Assembly: GCA_964016885.1 (NCBI GenBank)
Contig: OZ024742.1
Location: forward strand, 308,822,001 to 308,886,000
From: Eledone cirrhosa
Taxonomy: Eukaryota
Length of the DNA: 64,000 bases
Direction: 5' to 3'
The first letter of the stretch is position 1, and the number at the start of each line of letters is the position of its first letter. A program made the position numbers and the translations under genes. Shown one piece after another: positions 25,930 to 38,193 of this stretch. Below the pieces are notes generated by a model that saw only the letters and a program-made list of their open reading frames with translations, did not search any database and was not told the DNA's origin.

Positions 25930-27965
25930 AGGTTCAGCAAAAGCAGGGGGGAGTAATCGATGATGCAAACGTTTCTGACTTACATGGATCCTTTTTTCCA
26001 GAACTTGTCATGTTTTAAGACTGAACATCAGCCTCACAAAAACTAAAGTAATGTTCACTCGTCCTCCAGGTGGGCTCATGCTGAGCCAAACATAACAGAT
26101 AATGGTACACGGCCGAGTGTACTAGATAGGTTCACATATCTTGGAGGAATTTTCAATAAGAATGGATCACTTGATGCGGAAATCAAAAAGAGAATTCAAA
26201 ATGCCACTTCAGCATACGGAAAACTAAGTAAAAGGGTATGAGCAGATCGGGGTCTTCATTTAGTAACTAAAATAAGTGTTTACAGAGTATGCGTGCTAAG
26301 TGTAGTACTGTATGGGTCTGAGGTATGGACAACCTATAGGCGGAATAATAACTTGAAAGGTTTCATCAAAACTGTCTTAGATTTCAGGAATTAAGTGGAC
26401 ATCTTTTAGGATAGCTGGTTGTGAAAGTATTTTGTAAGTTGATTGTTTTAAAGTCAGATGCGTTGGACTGGTCACCTGCTTCTAGAGCTAGTCTCATTAA
26501 TGTATCAGGATGGACGATACCAGGTTGCCGAAGGGATTGTTATACATGAAAGGAGGTCAAATCATAAACCAAAGAAACCATTCAAAGATGTGGTTAGGGA
26601 TAATTTGAAAATTCTAGATGTGTTTATTAAAAATTGGGACTCCTTAGCAAAGAACAGAATAGGTTGGCGGACCCTGATTAAAGATGGTTGCGAAAGGTTT
26701 GAGGCAAATCGCATCAAACATGTAGACCTCAAATATCATTACAAAAAGGAGTAAACAGAGAGATTCCAGATTTCAATCCAAAATTTAGATGTAATATATG
26801 TGAAAGAGTACTTCTTTCTAGAGATAGTCTCATTAATGTAATATATGTGAAAGAGTACTTCTTTCTAGAGATAGTCTCATTAATGTAATATATGTGAAAG
26901 AGTACTTCTTTCTAGAGATAGTCTCATTAATGTAATATATGTGAAAGAGTACTTCTTTCTAGAGATAGTCTCATTAATGTAATATATGTGAAAGAGTACT
27001 TCTTTCTAGAGATAGTCTCATTAATGTAATATATGTGAAAGAGTACTTCTTTCTAGAGATAGTCTCATTAATGTAATATATGTGAAAGAGTACTTCTTTC
27101 TAGAGATAGTCTCATTAATGTAATATATGTGAAAGAGTACTTCTTTCTAGAGATAGTCTCATTAATGTAATATATGTGAAAGAATACTTCTTTCTAGAGA
27201 TAGTCTCATTAATGTAATATATGTGAAAGAGTACTTCTTTCTAGAGATAGTCTCATTAATGTAATATATGTGAAAGAGTACTTCTTTCTAGAGATAGTCT
27301 CATTAATGTAATATATGTGAAAGAGTACTTCTTTCTAGAGATAGTCTCATTAATGTAATATATGTGAAAGAGTACTTCTTTCTAGAGATAGTCTCATTAA
27401 TGTAATATATGTGAAAGAGTACTTCTTTCTAGAGATAGTCTCATTAATGTAATATATGTGAAAGAATACTTCTTTCTAGAGATAGTCTCATTAATGTAAT
27501 ATATGTGAAAGAGTACTTCTTTCTAGAGATAGTCTCATTAATGTAATATATGTGAAAGAGTACTTCTTTCTAGAGATAGCCTCATTAATGTAATATATGT
27601 GAAAGAGTACTTCTTTCTAGAGATAGTCTCATTAATGTAATATGTGGGAAAGAGTACTTCTTTCTAGAGATAGTCTCATTAATGTAATATATTTGAAAGA
27701 GTACTTCTTTCTAGAGATAGTCTCATTAATGTAATATATGTGAAAGAGTACTTCTTTCTAGAGATAGTCTCATTAATCACTAAAAGTGTCATGTGGTTGG
27801 TAAGATAGAGACGGTCTATGATGATCTTTTACCCCGGAGACCAGATAATTATATTTGTCATGTCTGTGGAAATATCTGTTGTTCTCAAAATTGTCGGACC
27901 AAACACTGTAATCGACATGATCAGAGCCGCAATATTCGTCTTAAGTGTAGTATTTGTGAGAAAAT
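25930..27965 (+). mobile_element. Decayed RTE LINE 3' portion interrupted by a satellite
   Basis: Remnants FTYLGG, LDAEIKKRIQNATSAYGKL, VLYGSEVWTTY, MRWTGHL, KPKKPFKD, CNIC..H and CHVC zinc fingers. Confidence 0.85.
26790..27776 (+). repeat. Tandem array, 21 x 47 bp
   Basis: Unit tgtaatatatgtgaaagagtacttctttctagagatagtctcattaa; 987 bp / 47 = 21; few substitutions. Confidence 0.97.
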
Positions 27966-28652
27966 ATAAATATTGTGGATTATTGTGACGTTAAGATACA
28001 ACTGAAACGGTCAAGTTGATTTGCTTCATGTTAACTTTGACCGCTAACCACCAAAGGGATGTGTGGTCTTGTGATTATGCTAGAAATTAATATTACCATA
28101 GAGTTCTTTTAAGAACTCTACCAAGATAATCTTACAATTCAACCTATTTTCATCCAATAACACAATGAAATAAGAGAAACACGACAACATACAAGTCCTG
28201 TCGCATCACCCCATGAATGAATGGATATATACATTATTCAACAAACCATTTCAACCCACATGACGATTCCGACATAGTAATAAAATGAAAACCCACCAAG
28301 GATTTTATTACGTACGCATGTATTGTTTCTAGAGCAAGCTATTTCATATTTTAATTTTCGCCTAGGGATAAAGTGTTTCGAACAGAAACAAGAGCAAATG
28401 GATGAATGAATAAAGATAACAAGTAAATCTGTATACTCTAACATTCTTACTTAAAAGTTCTCATTTGACGAAAGAGAATTAGATTCACTAGTGACACTTT
28501 ATAAAACGAAAATGCTATACGATAACGTGATCAGAATTATTTTTATATCGTCAGTCATAAAATCTTTTTATTTAAAGTTTCCTTTAATATTCATCATATA
28601 TACAATTTCTTCATCCTCTTTTCTTTACATTGAAAGCTAAATATCGATCATA

Positions 28653-28790
28653 AAGAGTTACGGCCCTTTATGGTCTGAGGTCAAATCCCGCCGAGGTTAA
28701 CTTTGCCTTTCATCCTTACGGGGTCGATAAAATAAAGTACCAGTAATACACTGGGATAATTGTTGGCTTTGTGCCAAAAGTAGAAACAAT
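28653..28790 (+). mobile_element. SINE family A, 5'-truncated
   Basis: Near-identical to the 3' part of the 25170 copy. Confidence 0.85.
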
Positions 28791-28934
28791 TATCTTTATA
28801 CAATTTCACCCATCAAATATTTTCAGTAAACAACATCAATGTAGAGAAGCAATTCACCGATAAATTTCAAATACTTGGACACAATCGCTGTAAGAACTAT
28901 CAACATATATTAACACTGCTACTAACAGAAGGGA

Positions 28935-29285
28935 CACAGCATAGTTGAAAGTTTAAGAGGTTCCTTTCGCAACCATTAGGTTCCGGTTTCGATCCCACTA
29001 CGTTGCATTTCGGGCAAATGCCATTTAACATAAACTAGGCCAACCCATGCATTGTAAGTAAAACTGGGTAGACGGAAACTCTTTGGAATCGCGTAGAATG
29101 GAGTGTATCTGAAATTCAAATGGTCGGCTTTATCCTACATTGAGGTTTTTCTGACTCTTACTGAGAATTATGTTACAGATACACGTTTCTGTAGAATGCA
29201 TTGCCCCTTAAATGTTAGTTTCATAAGCTGACTGTTCCGTTGATCAAACAACTAGAACATTCTTTGTCGAAACCAATGGAGGTCC
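28935..29285 (+). mobile_element. Old tRNA-derived SINE, second family (CORE-like)
   Basis: B-box-like ggtttcgatccc followed by CORE-like cgggcaaatgccattta. Confidence 0.5.
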
Positions 29286-29577
29286 ATTCCATTACTAACG
29301 GAACTGACAATGAAAAAATAAAACAGCTTAACTCAAACGAATTAGCAAAACATAGCTACCAAAAATAAATATGTAAAAACAAATATTAAATAACAATGAG
29401 GCTTTGTCAATTCGGTGTCCCAGAAGGAATTGAAACACACTGATGTAAGGCAACATGATTTATCTAGAGAAGCATTGCGCATGACCGACGTTATTCATAT
29501 AGCCTTCCGAGTGTGACGATCCGCACGGTGAAACAATTATCCTCGATAATGGTTAATTGACTGATGTGGAACTAACT

Positions 29578-29608
<31 letters not shown>

Positions 29609-29648
29609 TAGAAATTGTGATGTAATTTAATCGTCGTTATTGTTATTC

Positions 29649-29716
<68 letters not shown>

Positions 29717-29719
<3 letters not shown>

Positions 29720-30596
29720 TGGCGGACTGGGTCTGAAAGTATTGGTTGCTAGGAGATGAAGGGGGGGGGGCAACCTACATATAGAATGCTATCATTTAAT
29801 TTTTATACTGAATAAATAACATTTTCGAAAAATACATAAGTGGAAACAAAACAGTGCAATCAAATTTTGGGGGGAAAATATCTTACCTTTTCAAATAATA
29901 AATATTATGTATTTTGCGAAATCCAGAGATTTTTCATAATGACCAGAAGTCGACCCTAAATATTACTAATAACTCTAGGAAAGCCATGAACGACACCACA
30001 TTTTTTTGATTTTGAAAGTAGGTTCATAATTATCAATTTTCATTGTACTTTTGTAGATGTCTCGGTTGCCTAGTTGGAGGAATCATAGACGGTGGTGATC
30101 CTGGTCTGAAGTTCGATCCTGGTCGAGAATAGGGTTCTGGCAGACCTTTTCGTTTTTTTTTCTATGGGTTGTAAAATAAAAAGTGAATATGTACCTCTTG
30201 AACAGGATTGAACCCAAGGTCAGGATCTCCACCGTCTCTAGTACCTACCTCTAGGCCTCAGAGACAACTACGAAAATCTTATGAAAATTCATACTTATAA
30301 ACCTACTTTTAAAATATTCAAAACAAAGTATTGTGGTTTCGTTCATATCTTTGTTAATGTTATTGCTCCTACTTAAGGTCTACTTCTAAATCATTTGGGT
30401 GTTCCATAAACTACATCCTCGTTTTGTTTCACATCTATCTAGACTACATTTTCACCTGTAATCCATGTTTCATCTCTGTTCCACGTCATCTCTCTGTCTG
30501 TCTCTCTGATATTTGAATCTACTATGATTTTGGCTTACCTTATTCCAATATATATGTTTTTGCATGTCAGTTAGATTCAAACTTACAATGATTAGC

Positions 30597-30598
<2 letters not shown>
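29717..30598 (+). mobile_element. Non-autonomous hAT-like DNA transposon, 5' part with internal inverted repeat
   Basis: Starts CAGTGGCGGACTGG; homologous segments at 30987, 54250, 61238 and 63885. Confidence 0.75.
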
Positions 30599-30661
<63 letters not shown>

Positions 30662-30915
30662 GGATTTTACCACCGCTTCCCGGGGTCTGGGTATAATTTT
30701 TAATCATATTTTATTATTTGTTTGACCCGAATAGCTTGGTCGTTTGTATATCTTTGCGGATAATGGTTTAACCATCGTGTGTTTGGCCTTTTAAGAGACG
30801 TTGTTGCTCTAGTTCACTAGTTTCTATGGAGCGCTTGCAATACATCTCGGAAGCTGTTTTTCGCTAATTTCCAATAGCCGAAATGTGATTCTCGCTAATT
30901 TATATTTGTATATAC

Positions 30916-30986
<71 letters not shown>

Positions 30987-30989
<3 letters not shown>

Positions 30990-31707
30990 TGGCGGACTAG
31001 GTCTAAAAAGTATTGGATTTCAGATGAAGAGGTCTCACCTACATATAGAATGCTATCATTTAATTTTTATAATGAATAAATAACATTTTCAAAAAATACA
31101 TAAGTGGAAAATATCTTACCTTGCGGGAAAATATCTTACCTTCTCCAATAAAAAATATTATGTATTTTGCGAAATCCAAAGACTTTCAATAATGACCTTT
31201 GGTCTTTCACACTCATTCAATATATATATGTGTGTGTATACACCACCTTCACCACTAATAGATTTGACAGATGTCTTTAAGCCATTGATACCAAATATAA
31301 TTTGGTCAGTAGTTCATGTGTAAGTATATATATAGAGAGAGATATATATAGATATATATATATGGTTGTGTGTCTGTGTCTATATATGTATGTGTGCATG
31401 CATGAATGAATACACTAAGCTTTAGGTTTAGTAGAATGTATAACCACTGATTCCATCTATTTGCACTATCGTAGATTCTGGTGGTTTAGTAATTCCCTGG
31501 GGAATTGGTTGACCAAATGCTTTGCTTAATTGCTTTTTTTTTTTATTCTTTCTCTTAGATTTCAGGTATTTTTTGAAAGCAAATCATTGGCCCCTAAAAT
31601 ACTACAGTGGGCAGGCAATGCTACTGTGGGCTAGTGCAATGCTACCCTGGGCTCCCTGGCGCCCATTTGCCATTGGGCAGCCTGGAAACCTGGCCTGTCG
31701 GCCACTG
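30987..31707 (+). mobile_element. hAT-like element with both termini
   Basis: 5' CAGTGGCGGACTAGGTC and 3' GGCCTGTCGGCCACTG imperfect TIRs; flanks tatatata/catatata. Confidence 0.7.
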
Positions 31708-32019
31708 CATATATATATATAAACTTCAGCCCTCATTCGCAAATGAGTAAAGTTGATAATATTTACTATTCATCGACTAATAGTTTTTAGGTGCCGATGT
31801 AGTCTAGATCAGACACAAACACCTTCTGGAACTTCATTCCATTGATACAACATAACATCCAGGAAAATATCTGAACCTCTATTTTTAGCAGTGAATGAAG
31901 TCTATAAATGTAAAGACAGTTGATGCTATCTGGAAATAGATGGTCACTTTTCAGTCATTTAGATCACAGGAAAATAATGTGACAACTGGAAGAAGGGATG
32001 ACAGCACTAAATCTGATCT

Positions 32020-32140
32020 GGTACTTCATTTATTGATCCCGAAAGGATGAAAGGCAAAGAGGATCACGTAAGAGTTTCAACACTGAACGCAGGCAAGGAA
32101 CCAATATCCAGCGCTCTAACTCCTCTGTCAAACCGACTAC
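32020..32140 (-). mobile_element. Degenerate SINE family A-related fragment
   Basis: ctggtacttcatttattgatcccgaaaggatgaaaggcaaag is the reverse complement of the SINE body. Confidence 0.7.
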
Positions 32141-32368
32141 TTTATATATATGTGTGTGTGTTAGAGAGAGAGTGTATGTGTGTATCGGTGTGAATGTGTG
32201 TCTCTGTAAGTGTGAGTGTGTATTTGTGACTGTGTGTATATATACATACATGCATGCATACATAAAATCCTTAAGGCTTCATTGATGTAGAAAGTCAATA
32301 ATCTGTGAATATGTATGCGCGTGTGTGTTTGTATATGTGTGTATACGTGTATGTATGTGTGTGAGTGT

Positions 32369-32423
<55 letters not shown>

Positions 32424-32619
32424 AGTGTGTTAGTATATGTGTATGTGTGTGCGTGCGTGTATGTGTTTGTGTGTGTGCATGTGTGTGTACGCGCGCATCA
32501 TTTGGTAAATTTCTTTGATCCTGAAATTAATTACATTCGATATAAAAATATTTTATTACAAGTTGTGTTAATCTAATGTTTCTCTTTGAAATCAGTTTAT
32601 CATGAACATTCACGCTGAA

Positions 32620-33150
32620 CAAATGATTATACGAATGAATGAATAACAGAATAAATGAAGAACTTGATTGAAAGATTGAAGGAATGAATAACTGAATAAA
32701 TAAACTGTGTAGATAGATGAATTTTTGAATGAATGTTAATGAAGGGTCGAATCAAGGAATGATTGAGTTATTAAAGGAACGAATAACTTTGTAAATGAAT
32801 TATATCAAGGAAGGGAGTTTGGGATTATATGAATAAAGTTGGGAATGTCTGAACCAGTGGAGTATCGCATACATGTTTGAATGAATGAGTATTAATCAAT
32901 GAATGATTAATTATTGAATGAATTAGTAAATACATAAGTAAATAATGAATAAAGCAATAAACATATCATTAATTATTTGCCTGAATGATTGGTGATTGAT
33001 TCGACGAATATGTAAATGATTGAATAAATTAGTTATTCAAAGATATATTGAATAAATAGACGAAGGTTTAAATGGATGACGTATTGGTTTAATAATGTAA
33101 TTAATCACTTAAGTAATTAATTATATAATTACGTAATGATGGAATAAAGT
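32620..33150. repeat. Degenerate (GAAT)n low-complexity tract
   Basis: Recurrent tgaatgaat/gaataaat. Confidence 0.75.
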
Positions 33151-33279
33151 GTAGTAACATTCGTGGACCACTGCAGACAAAATGGACGAATTATAAAGCA
33201 AGAAAAACTAGTTTAATCCTTCAAAAGAGACATCGATTGATATTATATTGTAGAAAAGTAACACGCGAGTGAGTTGATA

Positions 33280-33700
33280 TATATAAAAACAAATAGTAGA
33301 GAAGAAAGAGAATTTTTCAGTAGAAAATGCTGAAGAGATTCTTTCAATATAATGTCAAAACATCTATTTATAAAGTGGATATTTCCGCATTTAATCTGTT
33401 AGTCTGTCAGCCAACTAACAGACAACGAAGGACAAACACTGACAGAGATATGAACTCTCCTCTCTAAATATGTATATAAAAACTAATAATTTTTCTTCCC
33501 TTTTTTATTATTCCTATAAATATGCAACATAACTACATTATGCATATCCGCAGTTGAAAAAGCTTATAATGCTGAAACCGGTACCATTATTAAATGCGGA
33601 AATATCCTCTTTATAAATAGATGTTTTGATATTATATTGAAAGAATCTCTTCAGCATTTTCTACTGAAAAAATCTCTTTCCTCTCTACTATTTGTTTTAT
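33280..33700 (+). mobile_element. PLE pLTR with 5' inverted copy of its 3' end
   Basis: 33280-33395 is the reverse complement of 33589-33700; hammerhead at 33553. Confidence 0.78.
33553..33584 (+). ncRNA. Minimal hammerhead motif, U3:A8 core variant
   Basis: UUGAAAA-AGC-uuauaau-GCU-GAAA-CCG-GUA-type core with palindromic ACCGGU stem III; stem I weak. Confidence 0.55.
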
Positions 33701-33726
33701 ATATATATATATATGTGTGTGTGTGT

Positions 33727-33773
<47 letters not shown>

Positions 33774-33944
33774 AATCTACCAAAATATACGGTAGTGTCC
33801 AATCCGTATGAAGAACTCAATGTAATCCAAATATCATGAAAAGAGAAGATGTATTCAATACTTTTTCCGATGAAAATCACAGGAAAACAGAGTCAAGATA
33901 AATTAATAAAAACAATGAATAAAAACAAAGAAACAGTTCCTTAT

Positions 33945-34102
33945 ATTAAAAAATTCATCATTTTACGATCGTTTCTAGGATATATATGTGTGTGTTGGTA
34001 TGTATATCATATAGATCTATGTAAAAATTTTACAAACTATCAGAGGAAATATACATACCTACACATATATATGCTGTCTTCAGAAATAATGAATTTTTTA
34101 AT
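33945..34102 (-). ncRNA. Hammerhead ribozyme with extended stem II (second copy of the 8512 family)
   Basis: Same CUGAAGA and GAAACGAUCGUA core; stem I extends to ~18 bp; homology with 8455-8652 spans ~33900-34095. Confidence 0.78.
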
Positions 34103-34632
34103 GAAAATCACTCAGAACTTGTTATGGACGTTTTGGGGCGTCGTTTGCCGACCTGATACAGTAGTTGTTTGTAGTAAAGAACTAAGTCCAGAAGTGACTT
34201 AGTTCTGAACAACAACAACAACAACAATAACATCAAACGGTACACGACAACTATTCAGTGACGTTTCGAATAGCGTAATATTACACAAGTAATTTGACAC
34301 CTAATATTAATAGCTTGCCATGAAAATAGGGTATGGTATTCAAATTGAATTTTTATTAGTTATTGAGCAGTTGTTTTCTATCAATGTTTGCTATGAAGAA
34401 GAGGATATTGTCAATGTACACTATGAGAAATTTGCTATTTACCAACATAATAGAAATTGAAAATAATATTTTCATTGAAAGAAATTCATTTCCTTCAAAT
34501 TACTCATATTATGAGAAGTACCTATATTACAATACACAAAACGATAAACGAACCACATGCCAAACCATACAATTCACATCACAACATATATCACAGAGAC
34601 ACATATACATAGATATATATATATATAGATGC

Positions 34633-34699
<67 letters not shown>

Positions 34700-34763
34700 A
34701 GTGTCTGTGTCTGTGTGTTTGTATGTGTGTGTATCTGTGTGTGTGAGTGTGCATTTGTGACTG

Positions 34764-34807
<44 letters not shown>

Positions 34808-34951
34808 AATGCATGCATACATAAAATCCTCAAGGCTTCATTGATGTAGAAAGTTAATAATCTGTGAATATGTATGCGTGTGTGTGTTTGTATATGTGTG
34901 TATGCGTGTGCATGTATGTGTCTGTGTATGTGTGTGTGTGTCAGTGTGCTA

Positions 34952-35013
<62 letters not shown>

Positions 35014-35363
35014 GTGTGTGTGTGAAATCTCACACTAACGCATTCAGACATATTTTAAAACATATACTAACATAGATGCATGCACACACATACACACACA
35101 CACACGCATACACACATACACACACTCATTTTATATACATCACAACATATATCACACCATACATATCACAACATATATCACAGAGACACATATACATAGA
35201 TGCATATATATATGTGTGTGTATATGTGTGCGTGTGAAATCTCACACATAGCGCATTCAGACATATTTTAACACAGTCACTTACATACATGCATGCACAC
35301 GCATACACACACATACACTCATACACACACACATATATATATAGATATACATTTATGTATTTA

Positions 35364-35406
<43 letters not shown>

Positions 35407-35542
35407 TGTATACACACACACACATATGTATGAATATTTGTATGTATGTGTGCATACGTTGCTGTACATACATACATACATACATACATACATACATACA
35501 TACATACATACATACATACATACATACATACATACATACATA

Positions 35543-36096
35543 CATGGTGGTGGCTGCCAACTCGTTTTCGAGTACGGCCACTACTTTATATCCATGTAGG
35601 AGAACCCCTACCGATGGGCTGAACGAGTGACTTTTTAGTCCAGCCAGCGACTTGAAAACTCTGGTACAAACACTACACTTGTGAAAATTATTGACACATA
35701 ATGCTGGGCCCATGGTACCATGTGACGACAAGTGCAGAGAGATCTCCAGATATAAAGCAATGCCTGTGCCGTGAAGCTTTTATAGTGAGCAAAGGCACTG
35801 CACAAAGCCAGTCCCACTCTCTTAACCAAGATGATATTTACCAAAAAGAAGAACAAGTCAACATCATTGGACACCATCAGGGTTGCAGGTGTTATATCAG
35901 AGTTTTCCTTCTCCTAGAATTCTGCCTTGACAAAAGCTAAGGGGTCATCTCTCCCGGTGATTTTGGATGGCCATTGACTCTTAAGAGCTCCTTTGCCCTT
36001 TGACAGGTTTTGTTTTTAGTCCTGCAGGATGTCCAAAGTCACCCACCTCACCAAGAAACCTTGGTGGGGTTGCCAGTATAGTCGCCAATGACCCGC
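35543..36096 (-). mobile_element. Bipartite non-autonomous RTE derivative (5' UTR fused to zinc-finger/3' end)
   Basis: Minus strand has RTE 5' UTR-type motifs ctggcaacccc and ctaggagaaggaaaactctgat, then [17 protein letters not shown] and a 3' terminus like 4838-4880; (ACAT)n on both sides. Confidence 0.75.
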
Positions 36097-36110
36097 ATAC
36101 ATACATACAT

Positions 36111-36151
<41 letters not shown>

Positions 36152-36574
36152 GTGTGAAATTGTCAAACAAACAGGTAAATGAAATATGGTGGCTAGAAGT
36201 TGTAAATTATTCATAACGTCTGTATGTGGCATTGTCTCAAATTGAAGAATAGAAAGCAAACAAGACGAATAACATAACACAGAATAGAATATTTCGGTAT
36301 TGAGAGGAATAATATTTGGATGAAGAATATGCAACTTCGTTAAAATAATTCTTTTCATTTTACTGAAGCATGAACAAAAAGTCGAACATTCATACAGAGA
36401 TAAAGATAAATTTGACAATACAAATGGCGGAAAGAAAGAGCAAGAGAATTCTCCATAGAAGAAACATATTAGATTCTTTGTATATTCATTCCTCTTATAT
36501 AAATGCCACGTTTTGAAATTCCAAACGTGTTATTATTATTATTGTTGTCATGGAATTAGTCGGTGAATTGGCAG

Positions 36575-37940
36575 AGAAATACCTGGAGGTGCCGTAGCCT
36601 TAATGCGTGTCTACGCATCATCAGCCACGGCATCCCCAGCCCTCCGTTCGAAGGGTGTTGACAGCAGATGGATCTTCTCACCAAAGAGGCCCGCTTCTCC
36701 CAAAGGAATCGGAAGAGCGCGCGCTCCCTTTTGGCAAGCGTTTTCGCTGGGCAAGGCACGACGGTCAAGCGGTAATAGATGACGGACGCTATATAAGTGT
36801 TCGCCACCTCCGCTCACCTTTCAGGGATAGTTTGCACTCGGCCCACTTCTGGGCGAGTGCAAACACCCTGCCCATTACCTCGTCCCAGTTTTTCTCCACC
36901 TGGAGGTCCGGTCTGACCAGACCCCGAGCAGCTTCACCGGTCCCTCCGTCCAGCGTCTGACGACGCTGTCAGAGGGCATCGGTTTGACTCTCCACGTTCC
37001 GAGTTGCAAAGTGACGTACTTGTCCCGGTTCAGCTTGGCTCCTGTAAACCTTTCGTATTCCTCCGGTAAGGTGCCGATCTACCCAATTTCCGAGGCGCAC
37101 GACACCATTGCTGTCACGTCATCGGCGTAGGCCGACACCGCTTTACGCAGTCCCGGTTCCAAAGGGATACCCTGCAATAGCTCCAACTTCCGCAGTAGTG
37201 GCTCGAGAGTCAGTACGTACAGAAGGGAGGAGAGAGGGAATCCCTGTCAGATGGATCGCGTGATTTGGAACGGCTCCGAGTGGTAGCCGTTCACCTTGAC
37301 CGTGGAGCAGGTGTTGCTGCTGTGCGTTGCAGCAATCCAGCCCCTGAAAACGGGTCCGAAGCCTGCCGCCGCGAGCACCGCATCCAGGTACCGATGGTCA
37401 ACCCTATCGAAAGCCTTAGACTGATCCAAGTTGATCAGGACCCCACCGAAGCCGGGTTTACACCCTACCCTCTCTATGATGTATCGCATGAGGTGGAGGT
37501 TGTCGTGTATGAACCTGGTCGGGATTGCGCATGTCTGCACTTCTCCCATCAGGTTTTGTGTTTAGCAGAGTTATGGGCCGGAAGTTGCCTATGTCATCCC
37601 CCTTATTCTCATCCTTCCTGACTAACGTGACTACGCCCTTGGTCACAGAACTGGGAATTAACCCGTTCTGCTGCCAGTTGCAGTAGACCGCTTCCAGGAG
37701 ACCGTAGAACAAGTCCGGCATTGCTACGTAAAATTCGTAGGGTAGACCGTCGAGACCTGGAGATTTGCGTTTGCCGCATTGGCTCAGCGCGTCCCCTATC
37801 TCAGCGGCCGAAATCGGCCTTTCGCAGAACTTCGCCTCGCTGTCCGAGAGTCACCGCAGGCCGTCGAGGTATGGACCGAAATTCATAGCCCCTCCCGGCG
37901 CGCCGTCCTGCCCGAACAGTTGAGTAAAGTGCCGCTGAAA
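36575..37940 (-). mobile_element. Tx1/L1-clade LINE fragment (RT region), copy A
   Basis: FRPITLLN, QTCAIP, LDQSKAFDRVDH, RSIxQG.PLSPLLY, AYADD, GGLGMP; homologous to 39015-40400. Confidence 0.92.
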
Positions 37941-38193
37941 GACAGATAAAAAGATAGATAGATAAGTTTCTATTTATTTGCCACGAGGGCACAAAAGAAG
38001 GGGACAAATACAAGGGGGGAGTTTACATAAAGGAACGAGTAAAAAACAAATAACAAATATAAAATTAACAATACAGTCCTCAATAGGGAGGAGGCGTTTT
38101 GGGGGTTACACCCCCCCCCCCCCGAAAAAGTGTGCAACTCTTTTCCTTAGGAGCACAGAGAGGGGGTGCTCCTTTGCAGTTCCACCTTTCCAC

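Noticed and set aside
26790-27776. CRISPR-like appearance of the 47-bp array
   Set aside because: Head-to-tail repeats with no unique spacers, no cas genes, eukaryotic context
30059-30266. Bona fide tRNA genes
   Set aside because: D, anticodon and T stems are imperfect and the units lie in a dispersed repeat; reported only as tRNA-like
34253-34350. Minus-strand GAAACGUC with possible stem I
   Set aside because: 5' core reads UUGAAUA and stem II is not evident; at best a decayed hammerhead
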